A stretch of DNA of 64,000 nt from an uncultured Alphaproteobacteria bacterium (GTDB taxonomy: Bacteria > Pseudomonadota > Alphaproteobacteria > HIMB59 > GCA-002718135), in NCBI GenBank assembly GCA_902635455.1, contig CACPNW010000001.1:5214-69213 (forward strand). Direction: 5' to 3'. A program made the translations under genes and the position numbers. Below are positions 33,289 through 43,164 of this stretch, piece by piece. Position 1 is the stretch's first letter, and each line of letters starts with the position of its first letter. The notes beneath the pieces were generated by a model. It was not told the DNA's origin. It did not search any database and worked only from the letters and a program-made list of their open reading frames with translations.

Positions 33289-34393
33289 ATTTATATATTT
33301 TTCCCCCACTAATAGATTTTTTCACTCCTGTGCTAGATGGAGAACTTATTATTAATTTTTTTAATGATCTAACAGCTAAATATGCGAACATCTGTGATTC
33401 TATTAAATCACCGTTAAAGTTATAGTAATCTATATTATTAACTTTAGTAATAGAAAATTCTTTTTTTAATAACTTTTCTAAGTATTTATTTTTTCTACCA
33501 CCACCGGTAAGTATAATTTCATTAAAATTAATATTATTTTTTTTTAAATTTAATATAGATATTAAAACAAAATATATAGCAGTTGAAAGAGCATCATTTT
33601 TATTTATTTTTTTTAATAATTTGTAATAAAAAGTAAAATAATTTCTATCTAAAGAAAATGGATATTTTTTTTTAAAAATTTTGTCTGATTTGAATTTTTT
33701 TATAATATCGAAATTAGGTTTTCCCTTATGCGCATTTATTCCATTATAATCATATTTTTTTTTAAAAAAATAGTATGATATATCATCACTTAATGTATTA
33801 GCAGGACCTATATCTGATGATAATATTTTATTTTTAAATATTTTACTAAAATTACAAATCCCACCTAAGTTTATAATTATAGCATTTGGATTAATTTTTT
33901 TTAGTAAATACTTATGATAAAAAGATCCAATTGGAGCTCCCTGTCCTCCATTTTTTATATCATTATTTCGAAAATCACTAATTACATTAATTTTAAAATA
34001 CTCGCTAATTTGTTTTCCTGAGCCAAGTTGAATTGATAATTTTTTTTCAGGATTATGAAACATTGTTTGGCCACTTAAGCCAATCATATCTATATTTTTT
34101 ATTTTTAAATTAAAATTATCAATAAATTTTCTTATATAAAATATATAAATATTTGTAATTTCGTTTTGAAATTTATCAAAATATTGCTGTGATTTTTGTA
34201 AACTTTTAGGCTTATTTTTAATTATTTGTTTTAATTTATTTTGTAAATTAACTTTATAAGAATATTTTTTTTCATTTATTAATTTAAAATATTCTTTACC
34301 ATCAGTTCTTACAAAACTTAAATCTATGCCATCCATAGATGTGCCTGTCATCACTCCAATAACATTGTATTTTTTTGTTTGTTTCATGATCAA
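33278..34393 (-). CDS. anmK: anhydro-N-acetylmuramic acid kinase
   Basis: N-terminal GVMTGTSMDGID, NLGGI and TGGG motifs. 371 aa. Confidence 0.88.
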   Translation of the reverse strand: MIMKQTKKYNVIGVMTGTSMDGIDLSFVRTDGKEYFKLINEKKYSYKVNLQNKLKQIIKNKPKSLQKSQQYFDKFQNEITNIYIFYIRKFIDNFNLKIKNIDMIGLSGQTMFHNPEKKLSIQLGSGKQISEYFKINVISDFRNNDIKNGGQGAPIGSFYHKYLLKKINPNAIIINLGGICNFSKIFKNKILSSDIGPANTLSDDISYYFFKKKYDYNGINAHKGKPNFDIIKKFKSDKIFKKKYPFSLDRNYFTFYYKLLKKINKNDALSTAIYFVLISILNLKKNNINFNEIILTGGGRKNKYLEKLLKKEFSITKVNNIDYYNFNGDLIESQMFAYLAVRSLKKLIISSPSSTGVKKSISGGKIYKFTG

Positions 34394-34428
34394 TTATTAT
34401 CTAATAAGTATATATCAAATAAAATTAC

Positions 34429-35379
34429 ATGACAGAAAACAATCAAAATATTAAAGCAATAATTTTAGTTCTTTTGGGTATGACTGTTTTTGCATTGCAA
34501 GATACTTTAATTAAAATTATTTCTGAAACAACGAGTATTTATTTAATTTATTTTATTCGCTGTATTATAGGTTTTTTTGTTATACTTATTTATTTAAAAT
34601 ATAAAAAAAGAAAAATAATAATTAAAACATACTATCCAATTCTAACTATTTTGAGATCTTTTGCATTTTTTTTTGGTTTTAGTCTCTACTATTTTTCTCT
34701 TTCTAAATTATCTTTACCTGTTGCAGTAACATTATTTTTTGTAAGTCCTTTTTTTACCTCAATATTCTCTATGTTTATAATGAAGGAAAAAATTGGTTTA
34801 CGAAGATGGATTGCTATTATTGTAGGTTTTGTTGGAGTTTTTTTAGTTATGGATCCAGATTTTTCAAATTTCAATATTTATTCTGCTTTTCCTGTTATTT
34901 GTGCTTTTTGTTATTCTTTTACTATAATTATTCAAAAAAAAACTGCTGATAAAGATAATGTTTTTTCACAAATTATCCATATTTATATTTCAGCATTTAT
35001 TTTTGCTATTATTATAAAGGTTTTCATTCACTATAATACTTTTAGTCCTGAAATTATGATGGAATATAAATCTTTACTTGCTGAATGGAAAATAGAAAAT
35101 TTGAATGTATTTCTTATGTTAATAGGTGTTGGTTTTACAGGTGTAATTGGTTTTCTATGTTTATTTTCAGCATACAATATGGGTTCACCACCTTCTATAG
35201 CTCCCTTTGAATATATAATTATTATATGGGCTTTAATAATTGGATGGCTCTTATGGGGAGACACTTTAAATTTAAAAGGCTCAATAGGTTTAGTGTTAAT
35301 AGTGTCAGCAGGTATTTATACTTTTGTAAGAGAATCAAAATTAAATAAACAAATTAGTATAGACAAGCCATTAAGATAA
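34429..35379 (+). CDS. DMT-superfamily (EamA) transporter
   Basis: 316 aa with about 10 TM segments in two EamA-like halves. Confidence 0.85.
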   Translation: MTENNQNIKAIILVLLGMTVFALQDTLIKIISETTSIYLIYFIRCIIGFFVILIYLKYKKRKIIIKTYYPILTILRSFAFFFGFSLYYFSLSKLSLPVAVTLFFVSPFFTSIFSMFIMKEKIGLRRWIAIIVGFVGVFLVMDPDFSNFNIYSAFPVICAFCYSFTIIIQKKTADKDNVFSQIIHIYISAFIFAIIIKVFIHYNTFSPEIMMEYKSLLAEWKIENLNVFLMLIGVGFTGVIGFLCLFSAYNMGSPPSIAPFEYIIIIWALIIGWLLWGDTLNLKGSIGLVLIVSAGIYTFVRESKLNKQISIDKPLR

Positions 35380-35439
35380 TTTTTTGCACAAGTTATTAAC
35401 ATAATATTAAGATAAAAATTTTAAATAGATAAATAAATT

Positions 35440-35538
35440 ATGATTATTGTTTGTTTTTTAAGATTTATAATATTATATTATTTTTACTTATTGCACGCAA
35501 AGGCAATAAGTAAATTGATTAAAGGAAACTTTAATTAG
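35440..35538 (+). CDS. candidate 32-codon hydrophobic mini-ORF (leader peptide or small membrane peptide)
   Basis: ATG 35440 to TAG 35536-35538 encodes MIIVCFLRFIILYYFYLLHAKAISKLIKGNFN. It overlaps hairpins 1 and 2 of the structured region and has no clear SD. Confidence 0.25.
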   Translation: MIIVCFLRFIILYYFYLLHAKAISKLIKGNFN

Positions 35539-35600
35539 TTTATATCGGGAGGAAATGCACGATATAGAAGAAAGACCTAGCTTGCTGGGTCTTTTTTTTT
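35483..35600 (+). promoter_or_regulatory. structured RNA element: three stem-loops plus an intrinsic terminator, class unknown
   Basis: Hairpin 1 is 35483-35494/35503-35514 (12 perfect bp, loop ACGCAAAG). Hairpin 2 is 35518-35535 (7 bp, GAAA loop). Hairpin 3 is 35541-35566 (7 bp, loop GGAGGAAATGCA). The terminator then ends 16 nt before the deaminase ATG. Confidence 0.5.
35571..35600 (+). terminator. rho-independent terminator
   Basis: Stem AAAGACCTAG/CTGGGTCTTT with one G-T wobble and loop CTTG, followed by a T run ending at 35600. Confidence 0.7.
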
Positions 35601-36198
35601 GTATAAGTACTATTTAATGAACTATAACTTCAAAATAATTTTAGATAAAATATTAAATGAGTTAATACCATTAACAGATATTGGTGTTTCAAAAGGAAAT
35701 AAAATATTTGGCGCTTTGATATTAAAAAAAAATGATTACTCTACTGTTGTGGTAGATACAAACAATGAAACTGCTAATCCTCTATTTCATGGTGAAATTT
35801 CAACCATAAATTCTTTCTTTAAATATAAAGAAACAATAAATCCCAAAGATTGCTTATTTATTAGTTCTCACGAACCTTGTTCTCTGTGTCTTTCTGCTAT
35901 TACCTGGTCAGGTTTTGATAATTTTTTTTATTTATATCCATATGAGGACACAGAAAATGTATTTAATATTCCACATGATCTTAAAATTTTAGAAGAGGTT
36001 TTTTGTATTAAAAATGGAAATTATAACAAACAAAATAATTACTGGAAAAGTTATGAAATTCTCAAAGAAATCACAAAACTAGACAATCAAGAATATCAAC
36101 TATTAAAAGCCATAATTACTAAAATTAAAGCAAAATATGATAGATTATCTTCAATTTATCAAAAAAATAAAAATAATAATAGAATTCCACTAAACTAA
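35599..36198 (+). CDS. cytidine/deoxycytidylate-type (CDA-fold) nucleoside/nucleobase deaminase
   Basis: Zinc motifs HGE and PCSLC (H[AG]E...PCxxC). The likely true start is ATG 35617 (MNYNFK...), because the TTG at 35599 lies inside the terminator T run. Confidence 0.8.
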   Translation: MYKYYLMNYNFKIILDKILNELIPLTDIGVSKGNKIFGALILKKNDYSTVVVDTNNETANPLFHGEISTINSFFKYKETINPKDCLFISSHEPCSLCLSAITWSGFDNFFYLYPYEDTENVFNIPHDLKILEEVFCIKNGNYNKQNNYWKSYEILKEITKLDNQEYQLLKAIITKIKAKYDRLSSIYQKNKNNNRIPLN

Positions 36199-36232
36199 TC
36201 TACAAATTTGTAATATAAAGATATTTATTATT

Positions 36233-36369
36233 ACGGGAGATACTGCTTTAATGCAGAGCCGAAGGAGCAACGACCCGGAATCTCTCAGGCAAAAGGACCG
36301 TTAAATAGACTCTGGAAAAGAGTTAGGGCTCTACCGAAGGAGTAAAAACTCTCAGGTAAATAGACAGAG
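36233..36369 (+). promoter_or_regulatory. tandem glycine riboswitch
   Basis: Two aptamers each carry the conserved cores: GGGAGA...GCCGAAGGAGCAA...CTCTCAGGCAAAAGGACCG and CTCTGGAAAAGAG...CTACCGAAGGAGTAA...CTCTCAGGTAAATAGACAGAG. They sit directly upstream of gcvT. Confidence 0.9.
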
Positions 36370-36374
36370 GGGTA

Positions 36375-37499
36375 GTGAAGGAGCATGGTTTGACACTATT
36401 ACCTCAGGATATTCCTCTAAGAGATTTTCATATTTCATATGGTGCAAAAATGATCCCTTTTGCAGGTTTTAATATGCCTATTAATTATAAGTTAGGCATC
36501 ATTAATGAAAATAAGAATGTAAGAAATTCATCAGGTATTTTTGATGTAAGTCACATGGGGCAAATATTAATAAAAAATACAGATGAAAATATTAAAATAT
36601 TAGAAAAATATATTCCTCTAAATTTAAATAAAATTATTAAAAATAGAAATTATTATTCATTTTTATTAAATTCAGATGCTGGGATTATAGATGATATTAT
36701 GATTTCAAAAATAATTTTTAACAATGAGTTATATTTTTTTATTGTTTATAATGCATCTAGAAAAATAGAAGATGAAAAAATATTTTTAAATACATCAGAG
36801 AGTATACTTCTTAATAATAATTGTTTATTTGCTATACAAGGCCCTGATTCACATAAAATTCTCAATAAAAAAATAAATATTTCTGAAAACATGAATTTTT
36901 TAGATATAATTATTACAAATTATAAGTCAGAAAATATTTTAATAAGTAGATCTGGTTACACGGGTGAAGATGGGTTTGAAATTTCAATTCCAGTAAAATT
37001 TGCAGAAAACTTTTTAAAAGATCTAATTAATGATAACAAAACTATATTATGCGGTTTAGGCTCTAGGGACTCATTGAGATTAGAAGCTGGATTAAGTCTT
37101 TATGGAAATGAGTTAAATGAAAATATAACACCTATTGAGGCTGGGTTGACTTGGGCATTAGATAAAAATAGATTAAATAAAAGTTTAAATGGTTTTAAAA
37201 AATTACTCTATCAGTTAGATAATATTCCTAAGAAAAAAAAAATTGGAATAATTTCAACAAATAAATCAATGATTAGAAATGGTATGAATATTGTCAATAA
37301 AAACAAACAAATCTTAGGTTTAGTAACTAGTGCATGTTTTTCTCCAAATTTAAATAAATCAATTGCAATGGGCTATATAGACAAAGAAATTAATAATAGT
37401 ATTGATCTGTATTGTGTTATTAGAGATAAGTTAGAAATAATGGAGCAAACAAAACTTCCATTCATTAAAAAAAGTTATAAAAAAGGAGGACTAAAATGA
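36375..37499 (+). CDS. gcvT: glycine cleavage system aminomethyltransferase T
   Basis: GAKMIPFAGFNMP, DVSHMG and SRSGYTGEDGFEIS motifs. The real start is probably TTG 36390, 6 nt after SD GAAGGAG (36377-36383). Confidence 0.95.
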   Translation: MKEHGLTLLPQDIPLRDFHISYGAKMIPFAGFNMPINYKLGIINENKNVRNSSGIFDVSHMGQILIKNTDENIKILEKYIPLNLNKIIKNRNYYSFLLNSDAGIIDDIMISKIIFNNELYFFIVYNASRKIEDEKIFLNTSESILLNNNCLFAIQGPDSHKILNKKINISENMNFLDIIITNYKSENILISRSGYTGEDGFEISIPVKFAENFLKDLINDNKTILCGLGSRDSLRLEAGLSLYGNELNENITPIEAGLTWALDKNRLNKSLNGFKKLLYQLDNIPKKKKIGIISTNKSMIRNGMNIVNKNKQILGLVTSACFSPNLNKSIAMGYIDKEINNSIDLYCVIRDKLEIMEQTKLPFIKKSYKKGGLK

Positions 37500-37867
37500 T
37501 TGAAAAAAAATTTACTGAAGATCATGAATGGGTATCTATAGATGGAAATATTGCAACTGTAGGTATTTCAAATCATGCACAAGAAAGTTTAGGAGATATC
37601 GTTTTCATAGAACTTCCTGTAATTGGCAAAACTGTTAAGGCAAAAGAAGAAATTTGTGTAATCGAATCTGTTAAAGCAGCATCTGATATTTATTCTCCTT
37701 TAGATGGTGAAATTATAGAAGTTAATAATTCACTAGAAAATGAACCATCTATAATAAATCAAGAAGCAGAAAATAATGGTTGGATATTTAAGATTAAATT
37801 GGCTGAACAATCTCAATATGAAGAATTGATGAATCATGAAGATTATCAAAAATTCTTAAAGAAATAA
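37496..37867 (+). CDS. gcvH: glycine cleavage system protein H
   Basis: 123 aa with the lipoyl-lysine motif ESVKAAS. Confidence 0.95.
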   Translation: MIEKKFTEDHEWVSIDGNIATVGISNHAQESLGDIVFIELPVIGKTVKAKEEICVIESVKAASDIYSPLDGEIIEVNNSLENEPSIINQEAENNGWIFKIKLAEQSQYEELMNHEDYQKFLKK

Positions 37868-40720
37868 ATGATTAATATTAATACATTTGCAAGTAGGCAT
37901 ATAGGTCCAAGAAATGATGATATTAAAAAAATGCTTGAAGTTATTAATTGTGAATCTCTTGATGATTTAATAAAAAAAACTGTACCCAAACATATTTTAT
38001 TTAAAGATAAATTAAATTTAAAGCCCGGAATGTCAGAAGATTTTAATAAAATAAATATGCAGCTTTTATCTCTTAAAAATGACTTTAAAAAAACATATAT
38101 TGGAATGGGTTATCATAATACAATTTGTCCTAGTGTTATCTTAAGAAATATACTTGAAAATCCTGGATGGTATACTGCGTATACTCCATACCAACCCGAA
38201 GTTTCTCAAGGAAGATTAGAAATGCTAATTAATTTTCAGCAAATGATAATAGATTTAACTGGTATGGATATAGCCAATGCATCTTTACTAGATGAAAGTA
38301 CAGCAGCTGCAGAAGCAATGATGATGGCTTTTAAAATTAAAAAAAATAGTAAATTTACTTTTTGTGTACAAAATTCTTGTCATCCTCAAACTCTTTCTGT
38401 GTTAAAAACTAGGGCAGAGCCCTTAGGTATAAAAATCATATTTGATAGTCCAAATGAAGATACGTTTGGCTGTTTAATTCAAAATCCAGATACATATGGT
38501 GAAATTGCTGATTTAAAAAATTTAATTAAATCAAATAAAGAAAGAGAATTAATTAGCATAGTAGCTGCCGATATAATGAGTTTGGTTATAATGAAATCTC
38601 CTGGTAAATTTGATGCTGATATTGTTATAGGCACTACTCAAAGATTTGGTGTTCCTATGGGTTTAGGCGGTCCGCATGCAGCTTTTTTTGCTACAAAAGA
38701 CCAATATAAAAGAATGATGCCTGGAAGATTAATAGGGGTATCAATTGACCGCACAAATAAAAGAGCCTATAGAATGGCACTTCAAACTCGAGAACAACAT
38801 ATTAGACGCGAAAAAGCAACAAGTAACATATGTACTGCTCAAGCGCTTTTAGCAATTATTTCTGCTGCTTATGCAATATATCATGGACCACATAGATTAT
38901 TAAATATTGCAAATAATATACATTACCACACAAGATACTTAAAAAAATCATTAGAATTCATTGGATTTAAAGTAACTTCTAAAAAGTTTTTTGACACAAT
39001 TTTAGTAAAAAATGAACAAGCTAAATATTGGGTTGAAAAATCTATTAAAGAGGGAATTAATTTTAGATTTGTAAATGATAGGCATTTTTCTATATCTCTA
39101 GATGAAACAACAACATTACAAGATGTTGATAAAATAATTGAGCTTTTTAATGAAAAAAATATAAATATTTATGAGGATGAGATAGAAAATAATATTGAAA
39201 ATTCTTTTTTTGAAGTTGATTTAAAAAGAGAAAATGAAATTCTTACACACCCAGTATTTAACATTTATCATTCAGAAACAGAAATGATGAGATATTTAAA
39301 AAAACTAGAAAATAAAGATATTGCATTGAATAGATCTATGATTCCACTAGGTTCATGTACTATGAAATTAAATTCTGCTTCTGAAATGCTATCTATTACT
39401 TTACCTGGTTTTTCAAATGCTCATCCTTTTTTAGAATCCCATCAAAGACAGGGATACAACCAAATGATGAAAGAATTAATATCTATGTTAAAAGATATAA
39501 CTGGTTTTGATGCTATTTCACTACAACCCAATGCTGGTGCCCAAGGAGAGTTTGCTGGTTTGTTAGCAATTAAAAAATATCATGAGTCAAATTCAGATTT
39601 TGATAGAAATATTTGTATTATACCAAGTAGTGCGCATGGAACAAATCCAGCGAGTGCAAATATGTGTGGAATGGAAATTTCAATAGTAAATTGTGATACT
39701 AATGGGAATATAGACGTCGAACAATTAGACTTAAAAATTAAACAAGCAGGTGACAAGCTAGCAGCTCTTATGATTACTTATCCCTCAACTCATGGAGTTT
39801 TTGAAGAGTCGATAGTTGAAATTTGTTCTAAAATCCATGATGCTGGTGGTCAAGTTTACATGGATGGAGCTAATTTAAATGCAATGGTTGGAATAGCAAA
39901 ACCAGGAGAATTTGGCCCTGATGTATCTCATATAAATTTACATAAAACTTTTTGTATACCTCATGGAGGTGGAGGTCCTGGTATGGGGCCAATAGGAGTA
40001 AAAAAACATTTAGAAAAATTCTTACCTGGACATCCTATATTTAAAAATGAAATTGGCTTATCAAATCAAGAAGCTGTATCAGCAGCTCCTTGGGGTAGTG
40101 CTTCAATTTTACCAATATCATATTCTTATATATCAATGATGGGCGATGAGGGTTTAAAATTAGCTACTCAAGTTGCTATTTTAAATGCCAATTATATTAA
40201 ACAAAGATTAAATGATTATTATCCTATATTATATAAAGGAAAAAATAATATGGTTGCTCATGAATGTATTATTGATATACGTCCTTTCAAAAAAGAATCC
40301 AATATTTCTGAAGAAGATATAGCAAAAAGATTAATTGATTATGGTTTTCATGCTCCAACTATGTCCTTTCCTGTTCCAGGAACCTTAATGATAGAGCCAA
40401 CTGAAAGTGAATCGAAAGAAGAATTAGATCGTTTTTGTGAAGCAATGATTTCTATTTATGAAGAAATTAATAAAATCAAAACTGGAGAATTTGATTCACA
40501 TGACAATCCTCTTAAAAATGCACCTCATACAATGCATGAAATTTCTTCGGAAAACTGGAGTCACAAATACACAAGACAAGAAGCCGTTTTTCCTCATCCT
40601 TTTTTATTAAATAACAAATACTGGAGCCCTGTTAGCAGAATTGATAATGCTTATGGAGATAGAAATTTATTTTGTGTTTGCCCTCCTGTTAGCGAATATG
40701 ATGAAGCTTCATCTTTATAA
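37868..40720 (+). CDS. gcvP: glycine dehydrogenase (decarboxylating), single-chain P protein
   Basis: 950 aa with TAYTPYQPE, LQTREQHIRREKATSNICT and the PLP region NLHKTFCIPHGGGGPG. Confidence 0.97.
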   Translation: MININTFASRHIGPRNDDIKKMLEVINCESLDDLIKKTVPKHILFKDKLNLKPGMSEDFNKINMQLLSLKNDFKKTYIGMGYHNTICPSVILRNILENPGWYTAYTPYQPEVSQGRLEMLINFQQMIIDLTGMDIANASLLDESTAAAEAMMMAFKIKKNSKFTFCVQNSCHPQTLSVLKTRAEPLGIKIIFDSPNEDTFGCLIQNPDTYGEIADLKNLIKSNKERELISIVAADIMSLVIMKSPGKFDADIVIGTTQRFGVPMGLGGPHAAFFATKDQYKRMMPGRLIGVSIDRTNKRAYRMALQTREQHIRREKATSNICTAQALLAIISAAYAIYHGPHRLLNIANNIHYHTRYLKKSLEFIGFKVTSKKFFDTILVKNEQAKYWVEKSIKEGINFRFVNDRHFSISLDETTTLQDVDKIIELFNEKNINIYEDEIENNIENSFFEVDLKRENEILTHPVFNIYHSETEMMRYLKKLENKDIALNRSMIPLGSCTMKLNSASEMLSITLPGFSNAHPFLESHQRQGYNQMMKELISMLKDITGFDAISLQPNAGAQGEFAGLLAIKKYHESNSDFDRNICIIPSSAHGTNPASANMCGMEISIVNCDTNGNIDVEQLDLKIKQAGDKLAALMITYPSTHGVFEESIVEICSKIHDAGGQVYMDGANLNAMVGIAKPGEFGPDVSHINLHKTFCIPHGGGGPGMGPIGVKKHLEKFLPGHPIFKNEIGLSNQEAVSAAPWGSASILPISYSYISMMGDEGLKLATQVAILNANYIKQRLNDYYPILYKGKNNMVAHECIIDIRPFKKESNISEEDIAKRLIDYGFHAPTMSFPVPGTLMIEPTESESKEELDRFCEAMISIYEEINKIKTGEFDSHDNPLKNAPHTMHEISSENWSHKYTRQEAVFPHPFLLNNKYWSPVSRIDNAYGDRNLFCVCPPVSEYDEASSL

Positions 40721-40733
40721 ATATTAAAATTCA

Positions 40734-41762
40734 ATGATTTATATAAATCTTCTAATTATTTTTCTTATAATTGTATTTATACATGAGTTAGGGCATTATT
40801 TGGTTGCAAGATTTTTTAATGCTCATGTTACAGATTTTTCTATAGGATTTGGAAAACCATTCTATCAATTCAAGGATAGAAATAATACAGTATGGAAAAT
40901 AGCTCCAATACCATTAGGCGGATATGTTAAAATTAAAGGTCTCGACTCTATATTTTCTAAAAATTCAATTTCAGAAAGTGGATCATTTCAAACGCTATCA
41001 CTTTTTAAAAAAATATGTGTATTATTAGCGGGCAGTGTATTTAACATTATTAGTGCCTGGTTTGTTCTTTTTATTATTTTCTTTTTTTTTGGTATTACTA
41101 CTTTTTTACCAATTATTGGATCCGTTATGGAGAACTCTGCAGCTTCAATTAATGACTTGCAAAAGGGTGATAAGATTATTGAAATTAATCAAATAAAAAT
41201 ATCTGATTTTCAAGATATTCCTATGGCAATTGGAAGTAGTAGTTCAATCAATATTATAGTTGAAAGAAATAATAAGTTTATAAACAAAAATTTTGACTTA
41301 ATTTTTAACAAAGATCTTAACAAATATATAATTGGAATATCATCTTCAGAAGATTTTATTATAAAAAAGTATAACATTTATGAGTCTTTAAAAAATTCTT
41401 TATTGTTTATTCCTAATTATTATATTTCATCAATAAATTTTTTAAAAAAATCATATAATGAAAATACTCTCAGCAATCAATTAGCAGGACCTATTGGTAT
41501 TGTAAAAATGGCAGATCAAATGAAATTAAATAAAATAAAAGGAGTATTACTTCTTTTCATAGTAATTTCTTTGTTTGTAGGGTTATTTAATCTACTTCCC
41601 ATACCTTTACTTGATGGTGGACATATTATGTATTTTATAATTAGTAGGATATTTTCAAATTCTCTGCCGGAATTTGTAACAAGAATGTATCTTGTAGTTG
41701 GTATTGCTATTATTTCTTTTCTTTTTATAGTTGTGACATTTAATGATATTTTTTATAAATAA
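40734..41762 (+). CDS. rseP: RIP metalloprotease RseP (site-2 protease, M50)
   Basis: HELGH in the first TM, a central PDZ-like segment and a C-terminal NLLPIPLLDGG motif. Confidence 0.85.
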   Translation: MIYINLLIIFLIIVFIHELGHYLVARFFNAHVTDFSIGFGKPFYQFKDRNNTVWKIAPIPLGGYVKIKGLDSIFSKNSISESGSFQTLSLFKKICVLLAGSVFNIISAWFVLFIIFFFFGITTFLPIIGSVMENSAASINDLQKGDKIIEINQIKISDFQDIPMAIGSSSSINIIVERNNKFINKNFDLIFNKDLNKYIIGISSSEDFIIKKYNIYESLKNSLLFIPNYYISSINFLKKSYNENTLSNQLAGPIGIVKMADQMKLNKIKGVLLLFIVISLFVGLFNLLPIPLLDGGHIMYFIISRIFSNSLPEFVTRMYLVVGIAIISFLFIVVTFNDIFYK

Positions 41763-41788
41763 TTATTAATTTATGAGGGTTAGTTGAT

Positions 41789-42157
41789 ATGAGTAATTTT
41801 GAAAAAGTTAAAACATTTATGAAAACTTATGGTCAGGAAATTAAAGAGAAATGTGAATTACCTAATGAAAAAATAATAAAATTAAGAGTTGATTTAATTG
41901 AAGAAGAATTAAAAGAACTAAGAGAAGCTATTAGTAATAAAGATTTAGTTGAAATAGCAGATGCATTAACAGACATATTATATGTAACTTATGGTGCTGG
42001 CCATTCCTTTGGTATAAATTTAGATAAATGTTTTGCAGAGGTTCAAAGATCTAACATGAGTAAATTAGATAAAAATGGTAAGCCAATATTTAATGAAAAT
42101 GGTAAAGTTATGAAAGGTCCAAATTATTCTGAACCAAATTTAAAACAATATCTTTAA
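41789..42157 (+). CDS. MazG-like all-alpha nucleotide pyrophosphohydrolase
   Basis: 122 aa with EExxE (IEEELKELRE) and DALTDILYV motifs of the MazG/HisE-like fold. Confidence 0.65.
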   Translation: MSNFEKVKTFMKTYGQEIKEKCELPNEKIIKLRVDLIEEELKELREAISNKDLVEIADALTDILYVTYGAGHSFGINLDKCFAEVQRSNMSKLDKNGKPIFNENGKVMKGPNYSEPNLKQYL

Positions 42158-43164
42158 AGCCAGTTAGGATAAGGTATATTTTTTTCATCAAGGAGCTTTT
42201 TATTAAACATTTTACTTTTATATCTATCAGATAAATCACATAAAATTGTTACTATTGTTTTTCCTGGACCTATTTCTTTTCCCATTTTAATCGCTCCAGC
42301 AATATTAATTCCTGAACTTGTACCTAAATTTAAACCTTCGTTTTTAATTAATTTGTAAATAATTGGAAAAGCTTCTTTATCATCTATTGAATAAGCATCA
42401 TCTATTGGGGCTTCTGCAAAATTAGCAGTTATTCTAGAAGAACCAATGCCTTCTGTTATTGAATTTCCTTCGCTAATTAGTTCCTTTGTTTTAATGTAAT
42501 TATATAAAGCTGAACCTTTAGGATCTGCTAAATAAATTTTAATATTCTTGTTCACTTCTTTTAAGGCTTTTCCAACACCAGCTATAGTTCCGCCAGTTCC
42601 TGAAGAGCAAATAAATGCATCAATTTTGCCATCAGTTTGTTCTAAAATTTCTTTTCCTGTAGAATTATAATGGCCCAATAAATTTGCAGTATTATCAAAT
42701 TGGTTAGCCCATATCGCATTTCCATTTGTTTTTTTTATCATTTCTTCTGCAATAACTTTTGAAAATTTAACATAGTTGCCGGGATCCTTATATGGTTTTG
42801 CTGGTACTAATCTTAAATCTGCACCCATAGATTTTAATAAATCTATTTTCTCTTTTGTTTGTGTTTCTGGCATTACTATAATTGAATTATAACCTTTGGC
42901 ATTAGCAATTAAAGTTAATCCAATTCCTGTATTTCCAGCAGTACCCTCTATTATATAACCATCTTTTTTTATTTTTTTATTATCCTCAGCATTTTTAATT
43001 ATTGAAAGAGCAGCTCTATCTTTAATTGATCCTCCTGGGTTTAAAAATTCTGCTTTTCCATAAATTTCACACCCAGTAATCTTTGAAGGATAATTTAATT
43101 TAATCAAAGGTGTGTTGCCTATTAAATCTATTATATTATTTTTTTTCATAATCCCTAACGCCAT
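42154..43164 (-). CDS. cysK: cysteine synthase-family PLP enzyme
   Basis: PLP lysine motif NPGGSIKDR, GTAGNTG and SSGTGGT. ATG 43149 is an alternative start. It overlaps the cysE end. Confidence 0.82.
   Translation of the reverse strand: MALGIMKKNNIIDLIGNTPLIKLNYPSKITGCEIYGKAEFLNPGGSIKDRAALSIIKNAEDNKKIKKDGYIIEGTAGNTGIGLTLIANAKGYNSIIVMPETQTKEKIDLLKSMGADLRLVPAKPYKDPGNYVKFSKVIAEEMIKKTNGNAIWANQFDNTANLLGHYNSTGKEILEQTDGKIDAFICSSGTGGTIAGVGKALKEVNKNIKIYLADPKGSALYNYIKTKELISEGNSITEGIGSSRITANFAEAPIDDAYSIDDKEAFPIIYKLIKNEGLNLGTSSGINIAGAIKMGKEIGPGKTIVTILCDLSDRYKSKMFNKKLLDEKNIPYPNWL

Noticed and set aside
35483-35600. SRP (4.5S) RNA or purine riboswitch identity for the structured gap
   Set aside because: There is no GGAA-tetraloop helix-8 core with the symmetric AGCA/GGA loops of SRP RNA. 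There is also no three-way junction with the UAUAAU...CCGUAAAU-type loops of purine aptamers. The short GCACGCAA similarity to the xpt aptamer looks coincidental.
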